From positions 1,426,001-1,490,000 of the forward strand of contig CM082592.2 of the NCBI GenBank assembly GCA_040954595.2: DNA of 64,000 nt, read 5' to 3'. Origin of the DNA: Balanoglossus misakiensis. Taxonomy: Eukaryota > Animalia > Hemichordata. The notes below the pieces were generated by a model. The model did no database searches. It was given only the letters and a program-made list of their open reading frames with translations, and was not told the origin of the DNA. Numbering within the stretch: the first letter of the stretch is position 1; each line of letters begins with the position of its first letter. The position numbers and the translations under genes are program-made. Positions 12,371 to 25,765 of the stretch are shown here, piece after piece.

Positions 12371-12733
12371 GGGATGGTTAAGGCTGCCGCACACGACAGA
12401 AATTAGCTGAGTAAAAAGTCATTTGAGGAATTTTGCTCAGCAATCTTCCTTCCGTGTGCGGGCGATTTTTTGCGCCGCGGATCACGATATTCAACGTGTT
12501 TGATATTTTTTTCCTCGTGAGGAAAATTACTCACCGTGTGCGCCGAACAAAGTAATTTTACTCACGTGTCTAGCCAAATTGCGCATGCGCCGGCATCACT
12601 TGACGACGATACAAGATGGCCGCCTCCACTGAAAGCACTCGTTTTGGTAAGTAAATATGCATAGTACAATGCGCTTTCTAAACGAACGACTACTTTTTTT
12701 TCTTATGGAAAAATTTCCAGGTCTCGTTATTTC

Positions 12734-15363
12734 CTAATGGTAGTTGTAGGGACTATAATTGGCAGGCATTAAGGTTCCAGACTGAGCTTCAAACAAAATG
12801 TTGTTGATGCGATGCTGGGCCAAATGCCTAACCCTGGGCTCAAGGTCTTTTAGTGCCTGGGACACATAGGTGCCAAAGGACTGTACGGCACTGTTTTCCT
12901 GATCATCTTTTTTGTCATTTATTCCTATCTGCAATCGATGCAGCCACCCCCTTTATAAGTTCATACTCCATTTCAGCTTGATGGCATTTTGAAGATTTGT
13001 TTTTTGATTTTACTGGTTGTTTTGGTTCTACATCTGTTCTGGTGGAATCTTCAACATTTAATGCGGGTTCTTCATCTTCAATATGCATGCTATCATTAAC
13101 TTCATCATCCACTGAGGATGGGGATGGCTGAAATGATAAAAAATTCACATTTAATGACTTCTTATTCCATTTTGTTTCAGACTCCAACATGCATGGATGA
13201 CTGGCTAATTATTTCTGAGGAATTCCAACAGAAGTGGAACTACCCATGTTATATTGGGGCAATTGATGGCAAACACATTGCCATAGTGCAGCCACATCAC
13301 AGTGGATCGGATTTTTTTAATTATAAGCATTTTTTTAGTATATTGTTTTTAGCGTTAGTTGATGCCAATTATAAGTTTATATGTGTAGACGTTGGGGCAG
13401 TTGGTCGTGAAGGTGATGCAGGCGTGGTCAATCACTCTGTTCTCAAAAATGCGTTGGATGCCAAATGCCTAACGTACCTCCACCAGATAATGTAGCCGGG
13501 AACAAGATTAACTACCATATCATTGGGGACGATGCCTTCCCAATGTCAACACATTTGATGAAACCCTACCCTCATAGGCATCTGGAGAGGGGGAAAGGGA
13601 TTTTCAACTATCGCCTCTCCCGTGCTCGGCGGGTTGTTGAAAATGCTTTCGGGATTCTCGCAAATAGGTTTCCTGTTTTTCACAAAACAATCAATCTCCG
13701 ATAGAGTTACAGCTTTGGTTTTGTCAGCCTGTTGTTTGCACAATTATATGGTGGATAAAAACAAACATGGCTACACTAGTGTTTCTGACAGTGATGATAT
13801 TGAGAACCACACATTCACTGCGGGTGCCTGGCGCAATGATCCAGCACTTAATGGATTGGCACCAGCACTGGACAGAAATCCAAGTAAAGATGCAAAAACC
13901 CATCGTAATCTTCTGACTACCTACTTTTCTGGAGTAGGCTCAGTCCCATGGCAAAACCACATGGTCACATTTTGAAATGTTCACTGCCAAGTGAAACAAC
14001 TTATGCTATAGTTGATATTGGTGCAATATTGGTGCAATGTCATGACCTTTTTCTTATGCACTATTTGGAATTGGTGATGTTTTTATACATGGCTAATTTA
14101 AAATGTATGTTATTGGTATTATAGGAACAGATTATTTAATGTTTATATATTGGTAATTTGAAATGTCTGTTTCAACTAAATATTTATCTTTCTGCTTTTG
14201 CTTGTATATTTATTGATTTTAACTTATGTAAAATGCATTTTGTGTATGTGCTATATTAATTGAATAAAATACTTACTGTATCCAAATTTGAAATTGATGG
14301 CACGGACGCAATAAATGGGTCCAGGAACTGGAGCTTGTCCAGCAGCCAACTCCTTCTCTTCGTGGTGTTCCGGGCGCTGCCACTACTCTGGGGTTTCTTG
14401 GCCTTTACATAGTTGTTTCTAAGATATCTCAATTTTATTTTAACCCATTCAGTTGAAAAATAACACCATTTTATCATCAAGTCAAACACAATAACTACTG
14501 TATATAACCAATTATAGTGAACAATATAATTCACAATTTTGCTAAGTATCAAAGTACTGAATGCCTGTTCAATAAGACATTGCTGACATATTTTTCAAGT
14601 ACACCGCACCCCCCCCCCCCCTAATAACTATCCCAGTGTATATGGCAACAGAAAATTTGCCTTGCATTTTCAAATGTGAACACAAACATTTTTGGTCCTA
14701 TTATGTATGATCGACATGCAAACGAAGCTTGGATTGCCTGCAAAATCAAACGTGACGAGAGCGGACAATGGTTTGAATCAATGTGCAATTTATATCTTGC
14801 GGCACGTGTCGAGCTTGTAATTTATTCACGTAATATGCCATTAAGAAACAGGCAGACGATTGCAGGACATCTGGACTAGACCGTTAACGGCATTCATTCA
14901 CTGGTGAATGAACGTACAAGTTACATTTATTGTAACAATGTCAGTAGAGAGTTGTTAATATTTTGTTGCACATTAATGGAAACGTATTGTCACGTAAAGT
15001 TTTGCTTGATACAACTTCTTCCGATAGTCTTTACTGTGGCCCTGGACATATTTTTCACCCCGGGTATGTGAAATGCAGTATTTTCATATCTAGACATTTG
15101 TTTTGCTGGTGGGCCTTTTGCATGTTTTGAAGGCGTCTCCACTTTTATTTTGTCGGCAAAATCGTACTTTTAACTCTTACCTGTTTTTTTCCAAGTTGCG
15201 CTCCAATTTCTTGGAGCGCATGCTCCTTTTTGTCACTGTTTTTAAAGTCGGGCGATCTTACGTTAAAGAGGACCGGAAACTCTGCCCATAGTTCTACCAA
15301 CTTGTCTTCAAGGACGGCTTCGTTTATGTAGTTACAATGCTCGCTTTCAGTGGAGGCGGCCAT
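12734..15363 (-). pseudogene. MADF (Myb/SANT-like) + BESS-like DNA-binding partner of Harbinger, 3 exons
   Basis: Exons 15363-15181 (LVELWAEFPVLFNVRSPDFKN), ~14452-14277 (WVKIKLRYLRNNY..SGS..WLLDKLQFL) and 13127-12734 (SFGTYVSQALKDL..AQHRINNILFEAQ). Donors GTAAGA/GTAAGT; exon-2 acceptor mutated (CAA); frameshift ~12930. Confidence 0.85.
13181..13975 (+). pseudogene. Harbinger (HARBI1-like, DDE_Tnp_4) transposase catalytic exon
   Basis: Acceptor TTTCAG at 13180; GAIDGKHI..FFNYKHFFS..GDDAFP..LMKPY..FNYRLSRARRVVENAFGILANRF..ACCLHN; frameshifts near 13470 and 13700; N-terminal HTH exon not found. Confidence 0.93.
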
Positions 15364-16756
15364 CTTGTATCGTCCTCAAGTGATGCCGGCGCATGTGCAA
15401 TTAGGCTAGATACGTGAGTAAAATTACTTGTTCGGAGCACATGGTTAGTAATTTTCCTTGCGAGGAAAAACATATTAAACACGTTGAATATCGTGATCCG
15501 CGGCGCAAAAGTAAAAAGATCCGGAAAAATCGCCCGCACACGGAAGGAAAATTGCTGAGCAAAATTCCTCGAATGATTTTTTGCTCAGCTGATTTCTCTC
15601 GTGTGTGGCAGCCTTTATATATCCCACATCCACTATCAGTAGTTACTTTGTGTATGTGTGTGTGTTCATTCTATATATCATTTGCTTTGACAATCAATGT
15701 AAAATAGAAAAATAATTTCCTTTTTGTTTTACAAATAAAATCTTGTTGAAATACCTTAGCAGGACTATGTGAATATTTTACAGACATTTGTACTGAAATT
15801 AGCGGGATGGAGAAACCTTGACTTCAAGTAATTCAAGTAATGTTCATTTATTGTTTAATAATTGGCATGTAAGAAAAGGATCAAAACACCAATCAATGCT
15901 TGTGCAGGCCCTTACGTTATATTATTCAAACCCACTAAGCAAACAAACCCATTTCACATGCATGAAAAACGACATTTTGACATTTGTCTTCAAAAACGAT
16001 ATTCTGGTGGTACAGAATAACACTTCAGCTCATCTTATATCTTTTCTACTACTTGGCATATTTCAATTTGTGAATGTTTATTTCTAGCACAATTTTACTT
16101 AAATATCTTATTGTTGCAATAGAAGTCATTATTTCAAGTAAAGGAAAACAGTTAACATGTTCAAAGATTTCTCCTGATCTCATATCTGTAGCACCCGTTT
16201 TGTTTTTGATTCCAGCTGCAGTTCTTTGAATGTCTTTGCTGTACTCGTTTATTAGTCACTCTGCAAATACCAATGGATGACATTTTCCTGGCTACCACCA
16301 TACAAATAGCTTTTAGATATAAACCATCCCACAGTCTGCTGTACTGTTTCTTCATACACTCAGTCATTATGTGTGCCGACTGTTGTGAAACCAAGCCTCC
16401 AGGAGTTGAAGTGTCCATGCTATTCTTCTCAAGCTACAGACTTGGCCAATCTACTCTGATGAGATGATAACAAATTTGCAACTGTTGGAAGAATCATCAT
16501 TGACCTCCTGGTATGTATACGACGACGATCATTTTCTGAAAGCGAAACATGCTGAGACAAATGGCCCTCTACACCAACCCGCATTTCGTATATCTGCTGC
16601 TGAATAATGTGGATGTAGTCATACAGAAACATGGTAAAACTTGTGTCCCCACCTAGTACTTTCGATGGAACCTGGCATAACCAATTGAATATTAGTTTAA
16701 ATGTTGAACAGAAGACATACAAGTCTGCAAGGAACAATCAAATTTAAAACACAGTA

Positions 16757-19700
16757 CACTGCAAATTCTTCTGGCTTTCCTGCAAGCTAAATTCAAGCCA
16801 AATTCAAACCGGCTTGTTTGTCGCAAATCGGCTTCTTTCGTTTCTTCAAAATTGGCTTGATTTTGGCTTGAATTTAGCTTGCTGAGTTGCCGCTTTATAT
16901 AACTTACCGGCTTGCTGATAGACCACAGCAAGTTTAATGAGTGGTGTGTTGGCCAACCATAGTAATGAAATATGGTTTGCTGGCATGCCATTCTATTCAG
17001 CAAATGAGCTTGAACACACACCAATTCATTATCCAGTGGTTTGTCAACAAACCATCACAAATCTAAGGGGTTTGTATATAAACCAATGAATATATTATGA
17101 TGGCTTGCATGTAAGCCACTTTCTAAAACATTGGCTTGCCAACAAACCGTCGAATAATACAAGGGGGTTGTACGTAAACCCCTAAAATTTACATTGGCTT
17201 GTCTGAAAGCCAACTTCTACTTAAAACTGGTGTGCTAGCAAACCAAATATGAATCACTTTAGTTTGCCAGCAAACCAAACATTAGCATTTCCTGGTTTGC
17301 TGACAAACTGAGAATGCTTGAGCAGTGGTTTAAAAATCAGCCACTCTGCTTGGGCTTTGGCATATATACAAACCATTCTTACACAGAATGCAGTTTGTAA
17401 GCAAGCCAAAAATTTGAATTGCATGTTTTGCTTCTGTTTACCTAAAAGCTATAGTTATAAATTTGGGCCATTTTTAGCATTTTTGCTCTTTCAAGTGACT
17501 GCAGTTTCTTGTGCAACTCACCAAAGCATGATGCAATGCCATTTACTAGATTCTATACACTGCCATAATTGTACAATCAGCAATTATCAAAAAACATAAT
17601 TTTAGTCCAGACCTAAACTCATTTGCAAAGGACAAAGTTGAGATCCTGAACCTGGGCAGTTAACCATGCTTTAAGGAGTAGAACAGAAATAAGGAGTGGA
17701 TACACTGAGCAAACATACATAAAAAATAGCCCAAAGTTAGTTACTATGCCCTTAAATAACTTGGTCTTGAAGCATAACATGTGTCATAATGTGCAGCATC
17801 TTAGTACTCCACAGTCAATGGTATGTTAACCTGTCAAAAAAGCACACCGAGAAAGATCCTTTTTGGTCAATCATTATTATTGTAATGACAATGTAAGAAA
17901 AGAGGAACAACGGTAAATACATGGTATTATGTAAATCAAATGAATTAACCCCATAAATGATAGAAAATATATACAATAAAACTTTTATCTCATTTTCCGT
18001 TCAAATGGTTAGGGAAAATCATTTAAATCCATGAAAAATGCCTCATTTTTTGAATCTACTGTTTGTCAAAACTGACATGAATACAGATTTCAAAGTCACC
18101 ATTAAGTGTGGAAAAGTACTTTTAAATCCTCCTTTATATGCATTTGAGTATTGGAGTCATGGCAGTAGCCTTGAGTATCTTCTTCCTTATTATGAAACCT
18201 TGTCTTCTTTCAATGGGAAACACTCTCAAATAGTGAAAAACAAAAAGAGAAAACAATCTTGTTAGAAATTAACATGAGTGTATATTAGAAACAATTTCCA
18301 GCATGAAAACAACACATAACACATATGTACACAAGAAAATATGACAATGACTCGTATGAGACATACTCAACAAAAGAAGATAGTGTCTCTCTATTTATCA
18401 ATGGGGAATGACCATGAGACTGACACGCATACCACAAAACACTACAATATGGTGCCATCCTAATGTTATAGGCAGCAACCATATGAGAACATGAGACTGA
18501 CCGATACAACACTATGATATGGTGCCATCCTAATGTTATAGGCAGCAACCATATGAGAACATGAGACTGACCGATACAACACTACGATATGGTGCCATCC
18601 TAATGTTATAGGCAGCAACCATATGAGAACATGAGACTGACCGATACAACACTACGATATGGTGCCATCCTTATGTTATAGGCAGCAACCATATGAGAAC
18701 ATGAGACTGACCGATACAACACTACGATATGGTGCCATCCTAATGTTATAGGCAGCAACCATATGAGAACATGAGACTGACCGATACAACACTACGATAT
18801 GGTGCCATCCTAATGTTATAGGCAGCAACCATATGAGAACATGAGACTGACCGATACAACACTACGATATGGTGCCATCCTTATGTTATAGGCAGCAACC
18901 ATATGAGAACATGAGACTGACCGATACAACACTACGATATGCTGCCATCCTAATGTTATAGGCAGCAACCATGAAACACAAACATAACCATGAGATACAC
19001 AGCATGTAACAAACAAGATGAAATTGATTCAATGAGCAATGCAGGAAATTTCGCACCTAGAGTTTAGTGAATTGTTTCCTTTGACTATAACTGAATACAT
19101 GTTACATACATGATAGCTGGACTATATTAATAAATACAGATAGGCATGTTCCTTTAAAATTAGTTTTTAAGCATAAATAGTAAAATCTCTTCCCAAATGC
19201 AATACTGAAATTATAACCACATGGTTGGTATTTTATAATGAAGTCCCTACAAACTAAACTGTAAAGAAAACAGATGACTAGATGACAAAAATGGATATTA
19301 AAAAAATAACAAAATCTACTTAATTATACATCCGTGTATGCTTCAACATGAATGCTACTTGTTGACTTTTTCATATTTTTGTGGTGCCTAATAAAATAAC
19401 AGCTACTCCTTCCCATAACCAGTATCACCACTCCTGCACAACCAAGATCATTTATTTCATTCTTATGCAAATATCTGGGGTTCAATTAAAGTAGGAATCA
19501 TTATTGTTACAAATCGCAGGCATGCAGGGGTTAAATAATCCTGTGGTCCGAGATCATGGTTTATCAAAAAAAAATTATTCAGCCAATGATTTAAATATTA
19601 TGGGTATCCATTGATATAGTATTGGAACACAAAACAACATTTTTATTGCGGTTACCCCCCCCCCCCCCCCAATGTTGACTTTCACTGCCACTAGCCCCAC

Positions 19701-20990
19701 TCGAAGCTATTTTTGAAATATCTCTCGATCTAAAAATGATCAATACAGTATAGATATTATTACATATTTTGAATTATCTTGACTAGCAAAAGTGCATAAA
19801 CAAACATGAATGGGGATGTAGGCTGCCAATAGCAAGCATGGTGAAATTCCTAGGCTATAGCGCTATAGGGCCCCACTCCGGAGCTGCATTAAAACAATTC
19901 TTTTGATTTGCTCAGACTTTTTTGTAACCATCCACACACGATCAATACCGTATATACAGGATTCAGGCCTTTTAATAGTGATATACTTTGCATCGTCTTC
20001 GCTCACAAAAATGCATAAACAAAAATGAACGGGGATGGAGGCTGAAAATAGCAAGAATAATGAAATTCCTTTGGGGCCCCACCCCGTACTTTATGCTGTC
20101 AAACTTTTGACATTACTTCTTCTCACATGCTTTTCAGCTATCATCAACACATGATCAAGTCAGTATATACAGGCTTCGGGCCTGTTAATTTTGTATTATC
20201 TTCACTGCTCGCAAAAATGAAGTTAATGTCACAAAATGGAATGGAAGCAGGACTTATCCCAACCGGCATTGTTCTATGTTACGGTCTCGTAGATGCTGGC
20301 GGTCAACTGCTAAGTCATCAGATGTCATCCTTCCATAACGATGCTCGGTGCCAAAGTAATGATCCACGCATATGGTATTTCGGTTCTACCTTAGGAACAG
20401 GTTGAGTGCATTGTAAATCGCTGAACGAATTTTATAAAGGGAACGACGTGATTCGATCGGCTTCCTCACCCGTGGACCGTCTTCTCTCGCGTCAAAACCT
20501 TGTAGTTGTGTAATAAATAACCTTTGATCCTGCATTCGCGCGCCAAATCAGGGTATTTCGCAAGACATTGTGCCCAGCGTGGCGTGTATATGAACCACAT
20601 CCCGGCAAAGTTTTCCATGGCGTCTATTCAAACCATATTTACATCTTTTTATGGTTTGAAAAGCGACCATAAACTCCAACGGCTTAAAATGCAGCCAAGG
20701 TTAAATATGGTACAAATTCGAGCCAGACATAAGTATCACTAAAGTTTGCGAGCAAACCAGAGATTTTGTTCAATGGCTTAATAATAAGCCATTCCAGACA
20801 GGTTGTCCAGCGGCGTATTTACAAACCATTTTTCTAACATTGACTGGCTTGCTGGCACACACCAGAAAATTTAGCGGCTTGTGGAAATACCGATATTTAT
20901 GCAAGTAAATCAGCATGGCTTGTCAGCAAACCCTTATGGCTTGAGGCCAAACCGGCGTGTTGAAATTTCAAGCCAAGAGAATTTGCAGTG
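16757..20990. mobile_element. Non-autonomous CMC/EnSpm-like (CACTG) DNA transposon
   Basis: TIR CACTGCAAATTCT..GGCTT / AAGCC..AGAATTTGCAGTG, TA on both flanks, dense subterminal GGCTTG/CAAGCC/AAACC motifs at ~16760-17410 and ~20600-20990. Confidence 0.85.
18413..18972 (+). repeat. 70-bp minisatellite, ~8 copies, inside the CACTG element
   Basis: Unit CATGAGACTGACCGATACAACACTACGATATGGTGCCATCCTAATGTTATAGGCAGCAACCATATGAGAA; ATATGAGAAC at 18481, 18551, 18621 etc. Confidence 0.97.
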
Positions 20991-22441
20991 TACACACATC
21001 AATAGATCTACACATAGGATATCAACTTCTTTCAACATATATAAGTGTATAGGTACTTAGAAACTGGGAAACACAGGTGATTAATCAAGTGTCTTTACTT
21101 GAGATAGTGACTGATCATTGAAATTCACATTGACGACAGTTCAATCTAATATTTAGACCGAAACTAACAACCCCTACAGCTGTTGTGTTACACACAGTTA
21201 CTCTGATGAAAGGATTGCACCAATTTACTTTGGTTGTCATCAATGTCAAGCACTGGCTGCCGATTGCTATGCTTCAGGGGTACCTAAGAAATTGTAGTTC
21301 AGAGAAAGAAATCGGTAGTCTTGTTCCCCAACCGGGTAGTTCAGAGCAATTTTCCCGTCATTCGGAACCCCAAATCTATAGTTCAGATCTCAGGTCCCGT
21401 ATTTCAGACCCCGAACCGGGCGTTCAGAAAGTGGTTTCATGCAATTTCCCCCATTGCGGGCGCAAACAAGATGGCCATACACAGTGGAAAGATCGGCGAT
21501 GGTGAGTATTTTATGTGATTTATACATATTTATGACGATTTTTGTCACAAAATATATCGCGTAAAGTATAACTGACCATGATGGTTAGCTTCGTAAAGTT
21601 TCACTGTTCAGTGTCTCGGAATTACAGAGAAATCTCCGTCCCAGCTCTTTTACTGGGCAGTCTTAGTACATGTACACTGTAGTTGTCGTACACGTTTTAC
21701 AATTACGATCCCTAGCAATGTAATACCTATACATGTACATGTAACGTTCGAGTTAGGCAGGCTTAATTGATGATGGCTTATGGGAAGTAATATTATTTTG
21801 AGTTTCCTTTTGAATGAGAGACAGAATAAGGCATTGAACTTGTGTCAATACAGCATAATGGCAGGCCTATGTTCAGAAAATTTGATGCAGACAGTGTAGA
21901 TACATCTATGTGACCACAGAGAGCCCCTTCCGCCTTGTTCATACTGAGTGTGTGTGTGTTTATCATTGATTAATTCATGTATAACAAATAAGGAAACATT
22001 AATTTTGATTTATTTGTTTGTCTGTTTACAAATATGGGCATGTTTGTTTGTTCATTTTTTGTAAACAGGCTAAGATTAGGGTATGTTAGGGTTAGGGCTG
22101 GGGTGCGCGTGCAGTGGGATTGGGGTCACGTCCCCTCTCTCACGAGTACCCCATATTGCAAATGTTTACTTTTAGTACATGTATTGTTGCCTCGATCTTC
22201 AGGCAAATTTTAAACCGTCACATCCATTAAAATTGAATAATTTTCTCCATGATTTTTTTTTACTTAAATGTTTTAATTGCTTTTTATTTGTCCACAGTAA
22301 TACAAGTTCGCACAATATTGAATGCAGTGAAGCTTTGGATTGAAAGCCATGATTAATGCTCATCTGACTGAAGTCTATTCCGAGAAGAAATAGTACCACT
22401 TTGATTCATATGCTGTTTGTTCCTGTTAATCAAGATATTTC

Positions 22442-23016
22442 GAAAACACAAATTTATACAAATTGAGACGATGAGCACAGAGAGCAGCCAGCATATTATT
22501 TAATGTTTTATCAGTTATTGTTTGATTGTTAAAAAATAAATCCTCTGCCAGTGGGGTACTTCGCCACCTTTACCCCTCGGTCCATGTCTGTCCACTATCA
22601 GTGTTTATATCTAAAAACAGCCCCTATAGTATCTGTTAAAATGTTCCAGCTAAAGCACACTGACCAGTTTCTCAAAGAGATCACCATTCACATATTAAAC
22701 CCTGCACAAACAGCTGGCTTTTATATGGCTGACCACGCAATGTTTGTGTAGTGGTTAATCACATGTGAATGGTGATCTCTTGGAAAAACTGGTCGTTGAA
22801 TTTTAGCTTGGACACTTAAAGTGAAAGGGACTGTTTCTTTAGATATATACTCTGATACTGATAGTGGACAGACATGGGCCTAGGGGCAAAGGTGGTGTAG
22901 TACCCCACTGGCAGAGGATTTATTTTTTAACAATCAAACAATAACTGATAAAATATCAAATAACATGTTGACTGCTCTCAGACTCTGTGCTCTTATCGTA
23001 TAAATTTGTTTTTGAA
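22442..23016. repeat. Long imperfect palindrome (~280-bp arms), probable MITE
   Basis: TTTTATCAGTTATTGTTTGATTGTTAAAAAATAAATCCTCTGCCAGTGGGGTAC (~22506) is mirrored exactly at ~22900-22953; GAGATCACCATTCACAT / ATGTGAATGGTGATCTC; centre ~22725. Confidence 0.88.
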
Positions 23017-23289
23017 TAAAATAAACAAACAATATATCGTTAGATGTGGCCATCAGTTTCCGGTAATATGTTGCACATGAAATAGAGGCAGATAATTGTT
23101 TAACTTGGAACACTTATTGTTTTAACAAAACGTTTTATAAATGAGAACTTCCTATGACCATTAAAATAAATTTTTGAAAGTTACTGTCATGTGCACTGTC
23201 TCTTGTCTAGTTATGCTTTATACCTGATTGTTCACAATTTTCTACATTAAAGGCAAACGGTGTTTGGATAAAACATAAAACAGACACAT

Positions 23290-24785
23290 CAAATTAAGTT
23301 GAAAGTCTTTTAATTATCAGCTGGCTCCTCTAACACTTCAGGTATATTGCCCCCAACTTCATCACCAACAACTCCATCTGTCTTAGTCCCCTCACTAGAT
23401 GGTACTTCATCTGATCCAGTACCAACAGAGCTTGTTGAAATACGACTTCTTAAACTGACAGCTTCACTGCATTCAATATTTTGCAGAACTTGAATTGCTA
23501 TGGAAAAATAAAACAAGTAAAAACATTTAAGTAAACAAAATCAAATTATTTGTAGCTGTCACCATACTACCTTTAGAGCGTGCAACGCGAAATACATCTT
23601 TCTTGTACGTTGGTTCATATTTTGATGTACGTTCAGAGTTTCTCACCAATACCTTCTCCCCTTCTGAGAAGTATCTAGGTATTACTCGGCTATGTTTGTC
23701 ATGATGCAATTTGTTTTTATTCATGCTGCTAGCATGTTTACTTTTGATCACTGGATCACATTTTTGTTTGACGTTATCAAATGAAGGCAGTTTTTTTTTT
23801 TCATTTTGCGGTTGAACATCACCTGAGCAGGCGTTTAGCCAGTGGAAGGATGAGGCGTTGAGCGATAATTTAGCAGGAATTTGCGCATTTCATTTCTCCA
23901 ATTTTTGCGTTCAACTAGAAAACAAGGGATTACCTTGCCCAGATTTTTCATGAAATTTTCTGCTAGCCCATTTGCTCTTGCATATTCGGGAGGAATTTTC
24001 TTTTGTTTGAAACCAGCATTTTGACAGTAAGATCCGAACTCTTTTGATTTGAATGGCGGACCGTTGTCGCTTTTAATCTCAGAAGAAAATACATAAGAAG
24101 TAAAAGTACGATCAAGTTTCGGTATGACCGATGCGGAGCTAGTTGAATTAATAATTTCAACTTCGGGAAAACGTGAATACTCGTCAATAACTACAACCAG
24201 ATATTCACCAGTTGGTAATGGGCCATACATGTCTGTAGCAAGAGATGACCAAACGGTCTTTGGTAGTTTTGTTGGTTTTAATGGTTCTCGCAGTCTTGTA
24301 TCAACATTAAGTTGACAAACGTAGCAATTTGATATAACAGATTCTACTTGAGAATTCATTGCAGGAAACCAAACTTTTTCTCTAATAAGTGCTTTGGTCT
24401 TAGATGATCCTAGATGACCTTCATGTGCAATCGAAACTACTTGAGATTGAAGTGACGGAGGAATCACAATTTATGATCCTCTCAGGAGAATTCCAACAGA
24501 AAAAGACAATTCGTCTTTAATTTGCTTGTATATTTTCAAGGATTCTCTGTTTACATTTTCTGGAATTTTGTGCCAAGCATTATTTTGCAAACATTGTGTG
24601 ACAAACATCAACAAAGGGTCATTCTGGGTAGCGTCGCGTAATTCATCAAGCGACATGGTAAGGGGTTTTGAATGATATTGTATGAATGAAACATACTGAT
24701 CAGCATTAACTGCATCACGAGACTCAAGTTCATCTGGATGGCGAGATAAATAGTCGCTAGGATGTTGTATTCCTTTTAATACAGT
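23290..24785 (-). pseudogene. Gypsy (Mag-like) integrase region, decayed
   Basis: SDYLSRHP, AHEGHLG..VWFP..CYVC (HHCC zinc finger), ATDMYGP..VVIDEYSRF..SDNGPPF..ANGLAE..LLNYRSTPHPSTG; stops and frameshifts. Confidence 0.92.
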
Positions 24786-25314
24786 ATAGAAAACATTTTC
24801 CAATTTCCGAAAAACCTCTTTTTTACATAATTACTGCTAAAAAAGTTAGAAATTTATGAAAATATTCCCTATTCTTTGCCAATTTCTAATGAAAAAATTA
24901 CATAAAGGTATTCTTAGTCTCTTTCCTGCAGCTGTACAGCAGGAAAAATGCATTTTGTCATATTTTGGCTTTAAACTCAAATTAAAATTTATCTGTGAAA
25001 AAACTGAGTCTCCTTCAAAGCCACGTACATGATAGTCCTATTGATTTTTTTCTAATGAAATTTTGTCTCCATGTTTATCATGAGTAATATTTCTATTGAA
25101 AATTTGCAAGTGTGTGAATTGTTTGTAAAATTTCGCCAGAAAAAACAATAGCATCAAAAAGTAAATCTGAAACCGAATATTTATTACAAGAATTGTTAGA
25201 TTAATATCCGTATCACACAAATCCGTTGGATTTCGTATGAATTTTAGGAAATAAGCACTGCTCATTGACAAATCCATATTTTGCAGCTGAAATACTTGGA
25301 AAAGAGTCAGTGGC

Positions 25315-25697
25315 ATGTGAGAGCTTGGAAATTTCCAAGCACTGACAAGGGTCAGTGGTCGGAAATTTCCAGACACTCAGGGAATGTGAGAGCCTGGAAA
25401 TTTCCAAGCACTGACAAGGGTCAGTGGTCGGAAATTTCCAGACACTCAGGGAATGTGAGAGCCTGTAAATTTCCAAGCACTGACAAGGGTCAGTGGTCGG
25501 AAAGTTCCAGACACTCAGGGAATGTGAGAGCCTGGAAATTTCCAAGCACTGACAAGGGTCAGTGGTCGGAAATTTCCAGACACTCAGGGAATGTGAGAGC
25601 TTAGAAATTTCCAAGCACTGACAAGCGTCAGTGGTTGGAAATTTCCAGACACTCAGGGAATGTGAGAGCCTGGAAATTTCCAAGCACTGACAGGGTC
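25315..25697 (+). repeat. 69-bp tandem array (~5.5 copies), forward
   Basis: GAGC(C/T)TGGAAATTTCCAAGCACTGACAAGGGTCAGTGGTCGGAAATTTCCAGACACTCAGGGAATGTGA at 25321, 25390 etc. Confidence 0.95.
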
Positions 25698-25765
25698 GTG
25701 GTAATCCTCCGTACAGGTCTGCGTTCTCCCGGCGTTTAATACACGGCTTCCACCACAGCTCTGCA

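Larger units (their letters stand above)
12381..15614. mobile_element. Harbinger DNA transposon with ~260-bp TIRs (decayed, two genes)
   Basis: AGGCTGCC..GGCAGCCT termini, TTA TSD at 12378-12380 and 15615-15617, long imperfect TIRs (~12381-12640 and ~15340-15614). Encodes a HARBI1-like transposase and a MADF protein. Confidence 0.95.

Noticed and set aside
18431-18460. Similarity of the 70-bp minisatellite to the reverse strand of the main satellite (CACAAAACAC, CATGAG)
   Set aside because: Only short words in different order; consistent with chance
22073-22102. TTAGGG telomeric motifs
   Set aside because: Only three degenerate copies; too short to call an interstitial telomere
25213-25683. 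156-aa ORF with 23-aa Cys-containing repeats
   Set aside because: A 69-bp unit is a multiple of 3 and is open on both strands; no sign of codon-level constraint
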